DNA from: Candidatus Woesearchaeota archaeon
GTDB lineage: Archaea; Nanobdellota; Nanobdellia; Pacearchaeales; GW2011-AR1
Assembly: GCA_964545065.1 (NCBI GenBank)
Contig: CAZJEO010000001.1
Location: 53,338 to 117,337 of the forward strand
DNA length: 64,000 nt
Reading direction: 5' to 3'
Positions 53,853-61,892 of this stretch are shown here, piece after piece (the stretch's first letter is position 1; each line of letters opens with the position of its first letter). Position numbers and translations under genes: made by a program. The notes below the pieces were generated by a model that worked only from the letters and a program-made list of their open reading frames with translations, ran no database searches and was not told the origin of the DNA.

Positions 53853-54171
53853 ATTTATCCTCTAGCCTGATTTCATCATGCTCTTCAAATTTTCCTGTTG
53901 AAATTTCTAAAACTTCTACTTTTTTATTCTTAGCAAATAATCTATGAGCAGTATTTTTATTAACTATTATTGTGTCGCCTTTTTTTACTCTGATTTTTTT
54001 CTTGCCAACCTGGGCATAGCCCGGAGTTAAAAAATACAATGTCTCTTTTCTTTTTTTGTGTTTTTGCAGACTTAAAATCTGATTTGGATTAATTGTTAGA
54101 AGTTTGACAGTACATTTTTTATTAAGGATAAATCTCTTAAAATTTCCCCACGGTCTTTTCACCTCTTTCAT
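53839..54171 (-). CDS. cupin-domain protein (type II phosphomannose isomerase C-terminal-like)
   Basis: KRPWGNF...LSLQKHKKR.E....G; 110 aa. Confidence 0.65.
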   Translation of the reverse strand: MKEVKRPWGNFKRFILNKKCTVKLLTINPNQILSLQKHKKRKETLYFLTPGYAQVGKKKIRVKKGDTIIVNKNTAHRLFAKNKKVEVLEISTGKFEEHDEIRLEDKYGRK

Positions 54172-54217
54172 AATTAGGAAAGAATAGAGAATTTTAAATA
54201 ACTTCTGTTTTGATATT

Positions 54218-54445
54218 TTACGCTGCTACTTCAACTTTAGCATTTTTCTTACTTTCAAATTCAGAATAATGACATTTACCGCAGTAAAGTCTTCCTTGAG
54301 AATTCATTAAAAATATTCCTGGTCCACATCTTGGACAAGTTTTTTCTCTAACGACTTTGTTACCTTCGATTTTGTATTTAGTATATTTTTTGCTAGTTGG
54401 TTTATTCTTGTGTGCTTTCTTTCCTTTTTTTTCTTTTTTAGCCAT
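54218..54445 (-). CDS. rps27ae: 30S ribosomal protein S27ae (eS31)
   Basis: CPRCGPGIFLMNSQGRLYCGKC zinc ribbon. Start MAKKEKKGKK at 54445, 1 nt after the S24e stop. Confidence 0.9.
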   Translation of the reverse strand: MAKKEKKGKKAHKNKPTSKKYTKYKIEGNKVVREKTCPRCGPGIFLMNSQGRLYCGKCHYSEFESKKNAKVEVAA

Positions 54446-54446
54446 G

Positions 54447-54941
54447 TTAATTTGTCTCGCCTGACGGCTCGTCATTATTTTTATTATCTAAATCATTTTT
54501 TTCATCATTAGTATTATTATCTTCTGCGTCAGCAGGCTTTTGTTCAGTAGGTTCTTCTGAGGGTTTTTCAACTGGCGCTGGTGTTTCTGCAACAGGTTTT
54601 GGTACTGGTTCTGTAGCAGGTGCTTCTTGAGCAGGAATTTCTGCTGGAGCTTCTGTTGGAGCTTCACCTTCTTTGGGTTCTGCTGATTTTTTCTTTTTTT
54701 GTTCAACAGCTTGTTTTTCTTCTGGTGAATCATAAATGTTTGCATTAATTGTAAAAGTTTTAGAACCAAATCTTCCGTGGATTCCTTTTATACTAATGTT
54801 TTCTGGCTGGGATGAAAACTTTTGTGCGATTAATTCTATGATTTCTTTTTCACTCGGAGTAACTTCTGCTTCTACATTGAATTTTATTTCTTTTCTGTTG
54901 AATAACGGGTTTTGATTTTCTTGAATTATTTTAATTTCCAT
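54447..54941 (-). CDS. rps24e: 30S ribosomal protein S24e (eS24) with a ~65-aa Pro/Glu/Ala-rich C-terminal extension
   Basis: MEIKIIQENQNPLFNRKEIKFNVE...IKGIHGRFGSKTF matches S24e. The tail is EAPTEAPAEIPAQEAPATEPVPKPVAETPAPVEKPSEEP.... Confidence 0.9.
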   Translation of the reverse strand: MEIKIIQENQNPLFNRKEIKFNVEAEVTPSEKEIIELIAQKFSSQPENISIKGIHGRFGSKTFTINANIYDSPEEKQAVEQKKKKSAEPKEGEAPTEAPAEIPAQEAPATEPVPKPVAETPAPVEKPSEEPTEQKPADAEDNNTNDEKNDLDNKNNDEPSGETN

Positions 54942-54946
54942 TAGAA

Positions 54947-55135
54947 TTACCTTGTTTTAATTGCAAAATTTCCTTTACTTTTGATATTTATTTTTGAAGC
55001 AATTTCTGATTTTTCTGGGTCGAGAACAACTATCCTTCCCTTGAAGCTTTCTGTTGATTCCTTAGATTCGCATCTGGGACATTTATCTCCTTCATAGATT
55101 GCATTACAAATTTTACATGCTTTTTCTTTTGGCAT
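54947..55135 (-). CDS. spt4: transcription elongation factor Spt4 (RpoE'')
   Basis: 62 aa; CKICNAIYEGDKCPRC zinc ribbon; position next to rpoE'. Confidence 0.85.
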   Translation of the reverse strand: MPKEKACKICNAIYEGDKCPRCESKESTESFKGRIVVLDPEKSEIASKINIKSKGNFAIKTR

Positions 55136-55755
55136 TATTTCTTCCCCTTCTTAGCTTTTGGTTTTTTTCCAGCTTCTTTAGCTGCTTCTGCTTTTATTGC
55201 TTTTTCATCGTCTTTCTTTTTCTTTGCAGCGTCTTCTTTAATCCAGTCAAGTTTTCCTAATCCTGGTTGTCGCATTGTCAATCCTATTTTGAGTTCTCCG
55301 CCCTTGTAACTTATTGCTACAATTCTTGCCAAGCAAAGTTCTCCTGATTTTAAGCTTCTCTTTGAGGCTTTTCCTAATAATGAGTTTGCTTTGCTGAAGC
55401 TTACGTAATCGTCCATTGTTTGCGAGATGTGAATCATTCCATTCATAACTCCCATATTGATGAATGCCCCGAAATTTGTAATTTCTGAGATTATTCCAAA
55501 AACAAGTTCGTGCATTTCTGGTTTCCATGCGAGCAATTTGAATCGTGATTTGTAGTACGCTGCTCCGTCGCCAGGTATAATTACACCTTCTCCTACTTCT
55601 AAAACTTCGATTATAGAAACGACTTTTCCGAGTTCTTTATTGTAATGACCCATATAAGTTTCTATAAGTTGTTTACCTACAGAGTCAGAAGTAGGTAATC
55701 CAAATAGCTTTGGTTCTACTCTTATATGGTCTTCAACTTCAGTTAAGTAAAACAT
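55135..55755 (-). CDS. rpoE: DNA-directed RNA polymerase subunit E' (Rpo7) with a Lys-rich tail
   Basis: N-terminal MFYLTEVEDHIRVEPKLFG fold plus an S1 domain (GIISEITNFGAFINMG). C-terminal KKKKDDEKAIKAEAAKEAGKKPKAKKGKK. Confidence 0.9.
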   Translation of the reverse strand: MFYLTEVEDHIRVEPKLFGLPTSDSVGKQLIETYMGHYNKELGKVVSIIEVLEVGEGVIIPGDGAAYYKSRFKLLAWKPEMHELVFGIISEITNFGAFINMGVMNGMIHISQTMDDYVSFSKANSLLGKASKRSLKSGELCLARIVAISYKGGELKIGLTMRQPGLGKLDWIKEDAAKKKKDDEKAIKAEAAKEAGKKPKAKKGKK

Positions 55756-55803
55756 TTTATAAAATTTAGAGTAAGAATTGGTTTTTAAAGGTTATGACTG
55801 GAC

Positions 55804-56172
55804 TTAAACAATCTCTAACTTCTTTTTACCACGAATAACTAATCTTTGGCCTTTGACTTTTTGTTTTAATTCTTTGTCAAGTGTTGCTACGATTACGTCG
55901 TTTTCTTTTGAATATGCGACAATTCCATTATCTGTGTTTTTGGTTTTCAAATCTATTTTTTTGAATTTTGATTGTTCCAAAAGTTTCAAGGCTAATGTTG
56001 CTTCGTCTCTGAACCGAAGTTTCTTTTTTGATTTTGTAATTCTTTCTATTTCTTGTATAACCTGTTTTGGAATTATGATGTTTAATCCTTGAAATGTAAG
56101 TTCCTCTATAAAATCTATTTTATTTCTAATGCCTGTTAAGATAAAACTTGTATCAAGTAAAACTTGTTTCAT
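55804..56172 (-). CDS. PIN-domain protein (Fcf1/VapC-like)
   Basis: LLDTSFIL at the N-terminus, VATLDKEL near the C-terminus; 122 aa. Confidence 0.7.
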   Translation of the reverse strand: MKQVLLDTSFILTGIRNKIDFIEELTFQGLNIIIPKQVIQEIERITKSKKKLRFRDEATLALKLLEQSKFKKIDLKTKNTDNGIVAYSKENDVIVATLDKELKQKVKGQRLVIRGKKKLEIV

Positions 56173-56224
56173 AAATTTACAATGTCTAAGAAACTTTTAA
56201 ATATTGCCTTTGAGTTTTTAATTT

Positions 56225-56785
56225 ATGAAAGAAAGAGGGCATGTTTTGAAGATATTAAAAGAGACTAAAAAAGCCTTAGGAAAAGGGGATGCTGATAGAT
56301 TAAAAGAATTGAGTAATCAAACGATTCATACTTCTTCACTTGACCAAGATCCAATTCATGTTGCTGTTGCAGTTATAACTTATTCTTTAAGTAAAATTAT
56401 TGAGAGAAAAGATTACCAGAAATATCCTCAATGGAAGAACTTTTATAGAACAAACATAGATTTAATTGACAAAACAATTAACGCATTAGTTAAAAGTGAT
56501 GATACCAAGGTGAGGAATTATTTAACTCTGATGAGAAAATCAATTGACAAGTTGTCTGGGAAACTAAAAATATATATTCAGGATGTTTTTAGGAAAGCCG
56601 AGATTAACAAAGCTTCGAGAATTTATGAACATGGTATTTCTATGGAGAGGACTGCAAGTTTGTTGGGGGTGACAATGTTTGAACTTGCAGAATATGCTGG
56701 ACGGACTGGTATTTCAGATGTCCCACTAGCGAAAACTCAGGGCGTGAAAGAAAGATTGAAAGTTGTGGAGGATATTTTTGGATGA
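56225..56785 (+). CDS. hypothetical protein with a C-terminal HTH-like segment
   Basis: 186 aa. ISMERTASLLGVTMFELAEYAG looks like a helix-turn-helix. Promoter-like AAACTTTTAAATA at 56191..56203. Confidence 0.5.
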   Translation: MKERGHVLKILKETKKALGKGDADRLKELSNQTIHTSSLDQDPIHVAVAVITYSLSKIIERKDYQKYPQWKNFYRTNIDLIDKTINALVKSDDTKVRNYLTLMRKSIDKLSGKLKIYIQDVFRKAEINKASRIYEHGISMERTASLLGVTMFELAEYAGRTGISDVPLAKTQGVKERLKVVEDIFG

Positions 56786-57405
56786 AATTATATTTAGTGC
56801 GTCATGCGCAATCTAAAAGAAATGCGAGGCAGAAATCTAGTGAAGATGCAGAACTGAGCGAAATTGGAGAGGAGCAGGCAAGAAGGCTTGGTGGTTATTT
56901 TCATGAGGTTAAATTAGATAAAATTTATTGTAGTACTTTGAAAAGGGCAAGGACAACTTTTAGAGAGATAAAACCTTTTGTAAAAGATGTTTCTGTGAGT
57001 TACACCTCAAAGATAGTTGAGCATAAGATAGGAATTTATGAAATTGGAATAAGAGACAGGGGTGATTGGAAGAAATATGCTGAAGATGCGAAAAATGCGG
57101 GAGTTCCTTTTCACTTGTTTAAACCGAAGTATGGAGATAGCTTATTGGAGACGTACCAAAGGGCAGGGGAATTTTATATAAATCTTTTAAAAAAGCATGG
57201 GAAAGATAAGGTTCTTGTTGTTGGACATGGGCTTTTTAATATGCATTTGATTTTGAATATTTTGGGTTTGGATTTAAATGAATCCCAATATTATTCTTTA
57301 AGCAATGCTAGTGTTAGTACATTAAATATTGATGAAAAAGGCGAGGTTGAGAATTTTCATATTAATGATTACAATCATTTAATTCGAGAGGGAATGAAAA
57401 AATGA
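56782..57405 (+). CDS. histidine phosphatase family protein (phosphoglycerate-mutase-like)
   Basis: LYLVRHAQS (RHG-type motif), later GHG. The start overlaps the upstream stop. Confidence 0.75.
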   Translation: MKLYLVRHAQSKRNARQKSSEDAELSEIGEEQARRLGGYFHEVKLDKIYCSTLKRARTTFREIKPFVKDVSVSYTSKIVEHKIGIYEIGIRDRGDWKKYAEDAKNAGVPFHLFKPKYGDSLLETYQRAGEFYINLLKKHGKDKVLVVGHGLFNMHLILNILGLDLNESQYYSLSNASVSTLNIDEKGEVENFHINDYNHLIREGMKK

Positions 57406-57860
57406 AAGAAGAACTTTTGGAATTTATTGCTTATGCAAAGAAGAAAGGTTATGCTGATTCAAATTCTGTTTGGAAAAAAATTAAGGGGGGAGGAAAGAGA
57501 TGTATGATTAAAAAAGGAGATTTTACTTATGTAGATACATATTTTGGAGGATTGATAGATAGTGGACAAGAAATAATTTCATATAAGGAAAAAGTTGTTT
57601 GGATTATGGCTTATAGGGGAGGAAGTTTAAATGAAAGTTTATCTGGAAAGGCATTTGATTTTCTAAAAGAATGTATTGGAAAAACTCCTAAAAATTTTCC
57701 TGCGAGAGGACCAAAAAAATTTACAAAAGGCCAGTGGAAATATCAAAACAAATGGAAAGGAAACATTTGGGGTTTTGTTGGAGAAGAGTATATTTATCAT
57801 AGTGGGAAAAAAGTTTGTTTTAGAAATTATTTGGGAGGTTTAATTAAGAATAAAAAATGA
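57402..57860 (+). CDS. hypothetical protein (possibly DUF5680-like)
   Basis: 152 aa. Pattern YVDTYFGG...GQEII...VWIMAYRGG. The family assignment is from memory only. Confidence 0.4.
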   Translation: MKEELLEFIAYAKKKGYADSNSVWKKIKGGGKRCMIKKGDFTYVDTYFGGLIDSGQEIISYKEKVVWIMAYRGGSLNESLSGKAFDFLKECIGKTPKNFPARGPKKFTKGQWKYQNKWKGNIWGFVGEEYIYHSGKKVCFRNYLGGLIKNKK

Positions 57861-58072
57861 AATTTAAATTAACAGCGTTAGAGAGAAAAAAATACTTGAT
57901 GCCTGAAGAGAGAGATTGGATTATTCTTAAAAAAATAAAAAAGTTAGAGGAAAAGAAATTAAGTAAAGAGGATAAATTATTAGTTAAGTTAATAAAAACC
58001 CAGCTTGAAAAAGATTGGAGAAAACCCTTGATAATTAAGTTAGATAAATTGTCAAAAAAATATAAAAAATGA
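57857..58072 (+). CDS. hypothetical small protein
   Basis: 71-aa Lys-rich ORF, translationally coupled on both sides. Confidence 0.4.
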   Translation: MKFKLTALERKKYLMPEERDWIILKKIKKLEEKKLSKEDKLLVKLIKTQLEKDWRKPLIIKLDKLSKKYKK

Positions 58073-58752
58073 AAGCAATAATCTTTGACGCTAGTACTAT
58101 AATTACATTTTCAATGAATGGGTTTTTGCCAGAGTTGAGAAAACTAAAGGAGATTTTTGGTGGGAAGTTTTTGATAACCCAAGATGTTAAGTGGGAAGTT
58201 GTTGACAAGCCGATGAAAATAAATCGGTTCAAACTTGAAGCATTGAGTGTTGAAAAACTTATCAGGGAAAAGGTTTTGGAGATGCCTATTTCCTTGAAGA
58301 TAGATGAAAATTTGATATCAAAGAAAACAGATGAAATTAAAGAAGTTGCAAATAATCTTTTTGAAGCACGGGGGAAGTTTCTCCATTTGATTGATTCTGG
58401 TGAAGCTTCTTGTTTGGCTTTGAGTAAAATTTTAGAAGAGAAAGGGATAAAAAATGTTGTTGCAGTTGATGAAAGGACGATGAGAATGCTTGGGGAAAAG
58501 CCAGAGAATGTAGAGGAATTATTAGAAAGAAAGTTGCATACTAAAGTTGTTTTGAAGAAGGAGAATTTTGGAATTTTTGAAGGGTTTAAATTTATCCGTT
58601 CATCAGAATTGATTTATATTGCTTACAAGAAAAAACTTTTTGATTTGGAAAATGGTATTCTTGAGGCTTTGCTTTATGCTGTGAAATCAAAAGGGTGTGC
58701 AATTTCAAGTGACGAGATTAAAGAGATTGTTCGGATGAATCGGAAGGGTTAA
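58069..58752 (+). CDS. PIN-like domain protein
   Basis: IIFDASTII at the N-terminus and LIDSGEASCLAL; 227 aa. Confidence 0.55.
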   Translation: MKAIIFDASTIITFSMNGFLPELRKLKEIFGGKFLITQDVKWEVVDKPMKINRFKLEALSVEKLIREKVLEMPISLKIDENLISKKTDEIKEVANNLFEARGKFLHLIDSGEASCLALSKILEEKGIKNVVAVDERTMRMLGEKPENVEELLERKLHTKVVLKKENFGIFEGFKFIRSSELIYIAYKKKLFDLENGILEALLYAVKSKGCAISSDEIKEIVRMNRKG

Positions 58753-58834
58753 AAATAAGATATTTCTTGTAAAATAGTACTCGCGAGCCCACTCGCAATC
58801 AAGGGCGATTGAGAAGGCTTCGTGAACGTCGCTC

Positions 58835-58905
58835 GGGTGCGTCGTACACTGGTAGTATACCTGCCTCCAGAGCAGATGAAGGGGGTTCGATTCCCTCCGT
58901 GCCCA
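58835..58905 (+). tRNA. tRNA-Trp (CCA), intron-less
   Basis: Acceptor GGGTGCG/CGTGCCC (two G-U pairs), D arm GTAC-ACTGGTA-GTAT, anticodon arm CCTGC-CTCCAGA-GCAGA, T arm GGGGG-TTCGATT-CCCTC. Confidence 0.8.
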
Positions 58906-58975
58906 TCGGGCTCTCACCCCAAGGGGTTTCCCACAGGGATGACCTACTTCGTAGGCCGCGATTCCCTGGTGCCCA
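58906..58975 (+). other. GC-rich tRNA-Trp pseudo-3'-half with an insert in the T loop (unknown function)
   Basis: AGGGG-TTT + insert TTTCCCACAGGGATGACCTACTTCGTAGGCC (58927..58957) + GCGATT-CCCT-GGTGCCCA mimics the tRNA-Trp T arm and acceptor 3' strand (1 deletion, 1 substitution). The insert matches the one after tRNA-Gly. Confidence 0.6.
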
Positions 58976-59140
58976 TTTCTGTAATAAATAAGGTAAATAA
59001 AATGTCATTTGATGGTTTGCATGTAATTTGTAGTAAGCATTTAGTGGAAACCCGGTATTGTTGCATTGAGATGAAATGGGTTTGCACAAAGTGCGAGCTG
59101 GAAGGGGAAGTTTTATAAATCAAGTGTGTTGCTTTTGGAT

Positions 59141-60781
59141 ATGAGTGGAGAAGAAATAACAAATCCTGAAAATCAAAATACAGATGCTGGAATTTACCAT
59201 CTTGTTCCTGAAAAAGGAACAGAAATTATCTTGAAGGGCTTGCACGTGGAAGTTAAAAATGGGAAAAGATTACTTGAAGCAGAAATTACTAATGGTGATG
59301 GCAATAATTTGCCTATTCTTAGGAATGAAAGGGCTGTAGTAGAACTTGTTCCTGAGGTAAAACAAGAAGTAAGTTATGAAGCCAAACCAATTGAGATAAA
59401 GGAAATTGTAGAATGCCCTGATTTTGGATTTGAAAATTATGAATTTACTGAAAAACAGAGAAAATCAATCATTAAAATTTTAAGGCCAATGCATTTTGGA
59501 TTGGATAAAAGAGAACAAAATAAATTTGGAGAAATTATAGAACTTCAAAGACATGTTTGGATTGATAATGATAGAAAAGATAAGAAAAAATTGAGGAATA
59601 TGGTTGGCGAATTTCATGATGGATATCCTGGTCGTGTGAGAAGACTTATTTCCTATAAAGAAAGGAGAGCAGCCAAAATTATTCTTCCAATAGCACTTAT
59701 TAGTGCTTTGGCAGGATATAGGACTCTTCCTAGGTTATTGTCTTTCTCGCCAGCACCAGTTAATATAGAGTCTATTGTGAATCAAAAATATGGTGAGTTT
59801 ACCGAAGCAATTGCTCTTGCAAATGAACAAAGAAGACCTGCGAGGGCATTGTTAGTTGGAGGTGCTGAGGGTGCAAATGATGATCCTCCTAAAGATACTG
59901 ATCCTGAAGGACATTATAGATTGGCACAATGGCTTACTGCGGGTTGGATGCTCGAAAGCGGATTAACAAATGATGAGATTAAATTTATGGGGCATAATCC
60001 AAGAAGCATTCCAATAACAGAAACCAAGGCCTATGAAGATTTTATTAAGAGAAACGCAGGAAATGAAAATATATTGAGAATTATGGATTTAGCATTAGAA
60101 AAATTAGTTGTTGATGGAGGTTCAAATTACTTAGGGGTTGTTGAAGATTTGGAAAATTTAGCTGGAGAAAGAGCAGTTATTGGGTTTTTTGGTTCAGAGA
60201 ATCATGAATTTGTGGTTCCTGGGGGAAACTTGGGATCTGTAGAAGTTAACAAAATAATGCAACAAGTTGGATATCCTGAGAGTTCGATTTTTATAAGTGG
60301 GGGGAGAAATGGATCTTCTTATATTTCTTCATTGAATATGCCAAATTCATTAGAGATTAGTACTCAGTCAAGAAGTGGTTCTAGTGTGATTAAAGATTCA
60401 AGGATTATAGAGGACTTGGTTAATTCTTATCTTGAAGATCCTGAACAATCTATTCTTGGTATGTTAAATGGTGTTTTGTCTAGAGACCCAAAAGGGTATG
60501 GTGGTGATTTTGTGGCTAAGGATAAAAGAGCATATATGATTAGCTCTACTTCTTTTGGGAATCCTATATTTTTTAGACCCGGTCAGTTTGTCACGGGGGA
60601 GAATCTATCTTTCCTTGAAGATGGAACTCTTAGAGATTCCTTTGGGGTAACAGAAAATGGAAGAATTTATACAGGAAAGTCTGAAGAGCTAACTATTCCA
60701 ATAAATCCAGATACTGGATTACCATATGAATTGAATTTTATGCATAGACCGCTTAGTCATTTTATTGGTGTAAGTCAATAA
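59141..60781 (+). CDS. hypothetical protein (about 546 aa)
   Basis: ORF 59126..60781. ATG 59141 lies about 20 nt after GTTTTATAAATC (59110..59121). One predicted TM (IILPIALISALAGY). No recognised catalytic motif. Confidence 0.55.
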   Translation: MSGEEITNPENQNTDAGIYHLVPEKGTEIILKGLHVEVKNGKRLLEAEITNGDGNNLPILRNERAVVELVPEVKQEVSYEAKPIEIKEIVECPDFGFENYEFTEKQRKSIIKILRPMHFGLDKREQNKFGEIIELQRHVWIDNDRKDKKKLRNMVGEFHDGYPGRVRRLISYKERRAAKIILPIALISALAGYRTLPRLLSFSPAPVNIESIVNQKYGEFTEAIALANEQRRPARALLVGGAEGANDDPPKDTDPEGHYRLAQWLTAGWMLESGLTNDEIKFMGHNPRSIPITETKAYEDFIKRNAGNENILRIMDLALEKLVVDGGSNYLGVVEDLENLAGERAVIGFFGSENHEFVVPGGNLGSVEVNKIMQQVGYPESSIFISGGRNGSSYISSLNMPNSLEISTQSRSGSSVIKDSRIIEDLVNSYLEDPEQSILGMLNGVLSRDPKGYGGDFVAKDKRAYMISSTSFGNPIFFRPGQFVTGENLSFLEDGTLRDSFGVTENGRIYTGKSEELTIPINPDTGLPYELNFMHRPLSHFIGVSQ

Positions 60782-60825
60782 TTATCCTACGAAACTTTTA
60801 TAAAGACATATGAAATAATATTCAT

Positions 60826-61161
60826 ATGAATAATAAATCATGCTCATGTAATGCGTATTTGAATCATAATTCTTATCATGTATTTTTTACTAATCTTGCT
60901 AATGAATTAAAGATTGGGATAATTCTTGAATTGCGAAAAGGCGACAAGAATGTGTCAGAGCTTACTGAAGAACTTGATGTTGAGCAGAGCAAGGTTTCGC
61001 ATGCGTTGAAAAATCTAAGGGCGTGTAATATTGTTGATGTTGAAAGCAAGGGCAAGGAAAGAATTTATTCTCTGAATAAAGATACGATTCTTCCGATGTT
61101 GAATCTTATTGACAAACATGCGAATGATCATTGTAAGGGGAGGTGTGGAGTTAGGGGATGA
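60826..61161 (+). CDS. ArsR/SmtB-family HTH transcriptional regulator
   Basis: LANELKIGIILELRKGDKNVSELTEELDVEQSKVSHALKNLRACNIV (winged HTH). Promoter-like GAAACTTTTATAAAG at 60791..60805. Confidence 0.75.
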   Translation: MNNKSCSCNAYLNHNSYHVFFTNLANELKIGIILELRKGDKNVSELTEELDVEQSKVSHALKNLRACNIVDVESKGKERIYSLNKDTILPMLNLIDKHANDHCKGRCGVRG

Positions 61162-61892
61162 AACAGATATTAAAAAAGATTAAGCAAATTGAGACAGATA
61201 GAAAAATAAAAGTATTATTTTTAATTGAGTCTGGAAGTAGAGCATGGAAGTGGGAAAGTCAAGATAGTGACTATGATATTAGAGGTGTTTACATTCAAGA
61301 TTATCTAAAAGTAGAGGAAATTGATAAACAGATTAGTGTTGTTGATGAAGAATTAGATATTGTTTTATGGGATTTTAGAAAATTTTTAAGATTATTAAAA
61401 AAATCAAATCCTTCTGTTTGGGAATGGCTAAGTAGTGACATTGTTTATCTTGAAAATAGTTTAAGGAAAAACTTAATTAATATTTTTAAAAAAGGTTTTA
61501 ATGAACAAGCTCTTAAACAGCATTATGCTTCAATGGCGAGACAAAATTTTGAAAAGTATATTAGGAATTCAGGAGATAAAGCTAATTTAAAAAAATATGT
61601 CTATATTTTGAGAAGCATTGCTTGTATTCTTTGGATAGAGAAATATAAATCGCCCCCTCCTAAAGATTACAAGAAAGTTGCAATATTATTACCAGAAGAT
61701 GTTCAAAAATTTTTTAATAAAATTGTAAAAGATAAAGAAAAATCAGAAGATTTAACTGGGAAGAGAAATAAAGAAGTAGAAAAATATGTTCTTGGTTTTT
61801 TTAATAAAAAGTTTGATAAAACAGAAGGTTCTTTTGATGATGAAAAAATAGATAGGTTGTTTAAAAAAATAGTTAAGGAGAATCTAAAATGA
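61158..61892 (+). CDS. RlaP-like nucleotidyltransferase (PF10127-type)
   Basis: LFLIESGSRAWKWESQDSDYDIRGVYI matches the family signature as I recall it. The start overlaps the arsR-like stop. Confidence 0.6.
   Translation: MKQILKKIKQIETDRKIKVLFLIESGSRAWKWESQDSDYDIRGVYIQDYLKVEEIDKQISVVDEELDIVLWDFRKFLRLLKKSNPSVWEWLSSDIVYLENSLRKNLINIFKKGFNEQALKQHYASMARQNFEKYIRNSGDKANLKKYVYILRSIACILWIEKYKSPPPKDYKKVAILLPEDVQKFFNKIVKDKEKSEDLTGKRNKEVEKYVLGFFNKKFDKTEGSFDDEKIDRLFKKIVKENLK

Noticed and set aside
58705-59162. Several overlapping 60-98-aa ORFs on both strands around tRNA-Trp (58705..58917, 58799..59089, 58809..58991, 58822..59118, 58944..59162).
   Set aside because: They overlap each other, the tRNA, and its GC-rich leader and trailer. 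They have no start context and an odd composition (Arg/Pro/Gly-rich), as expected from reading GC-rich RNA genes.
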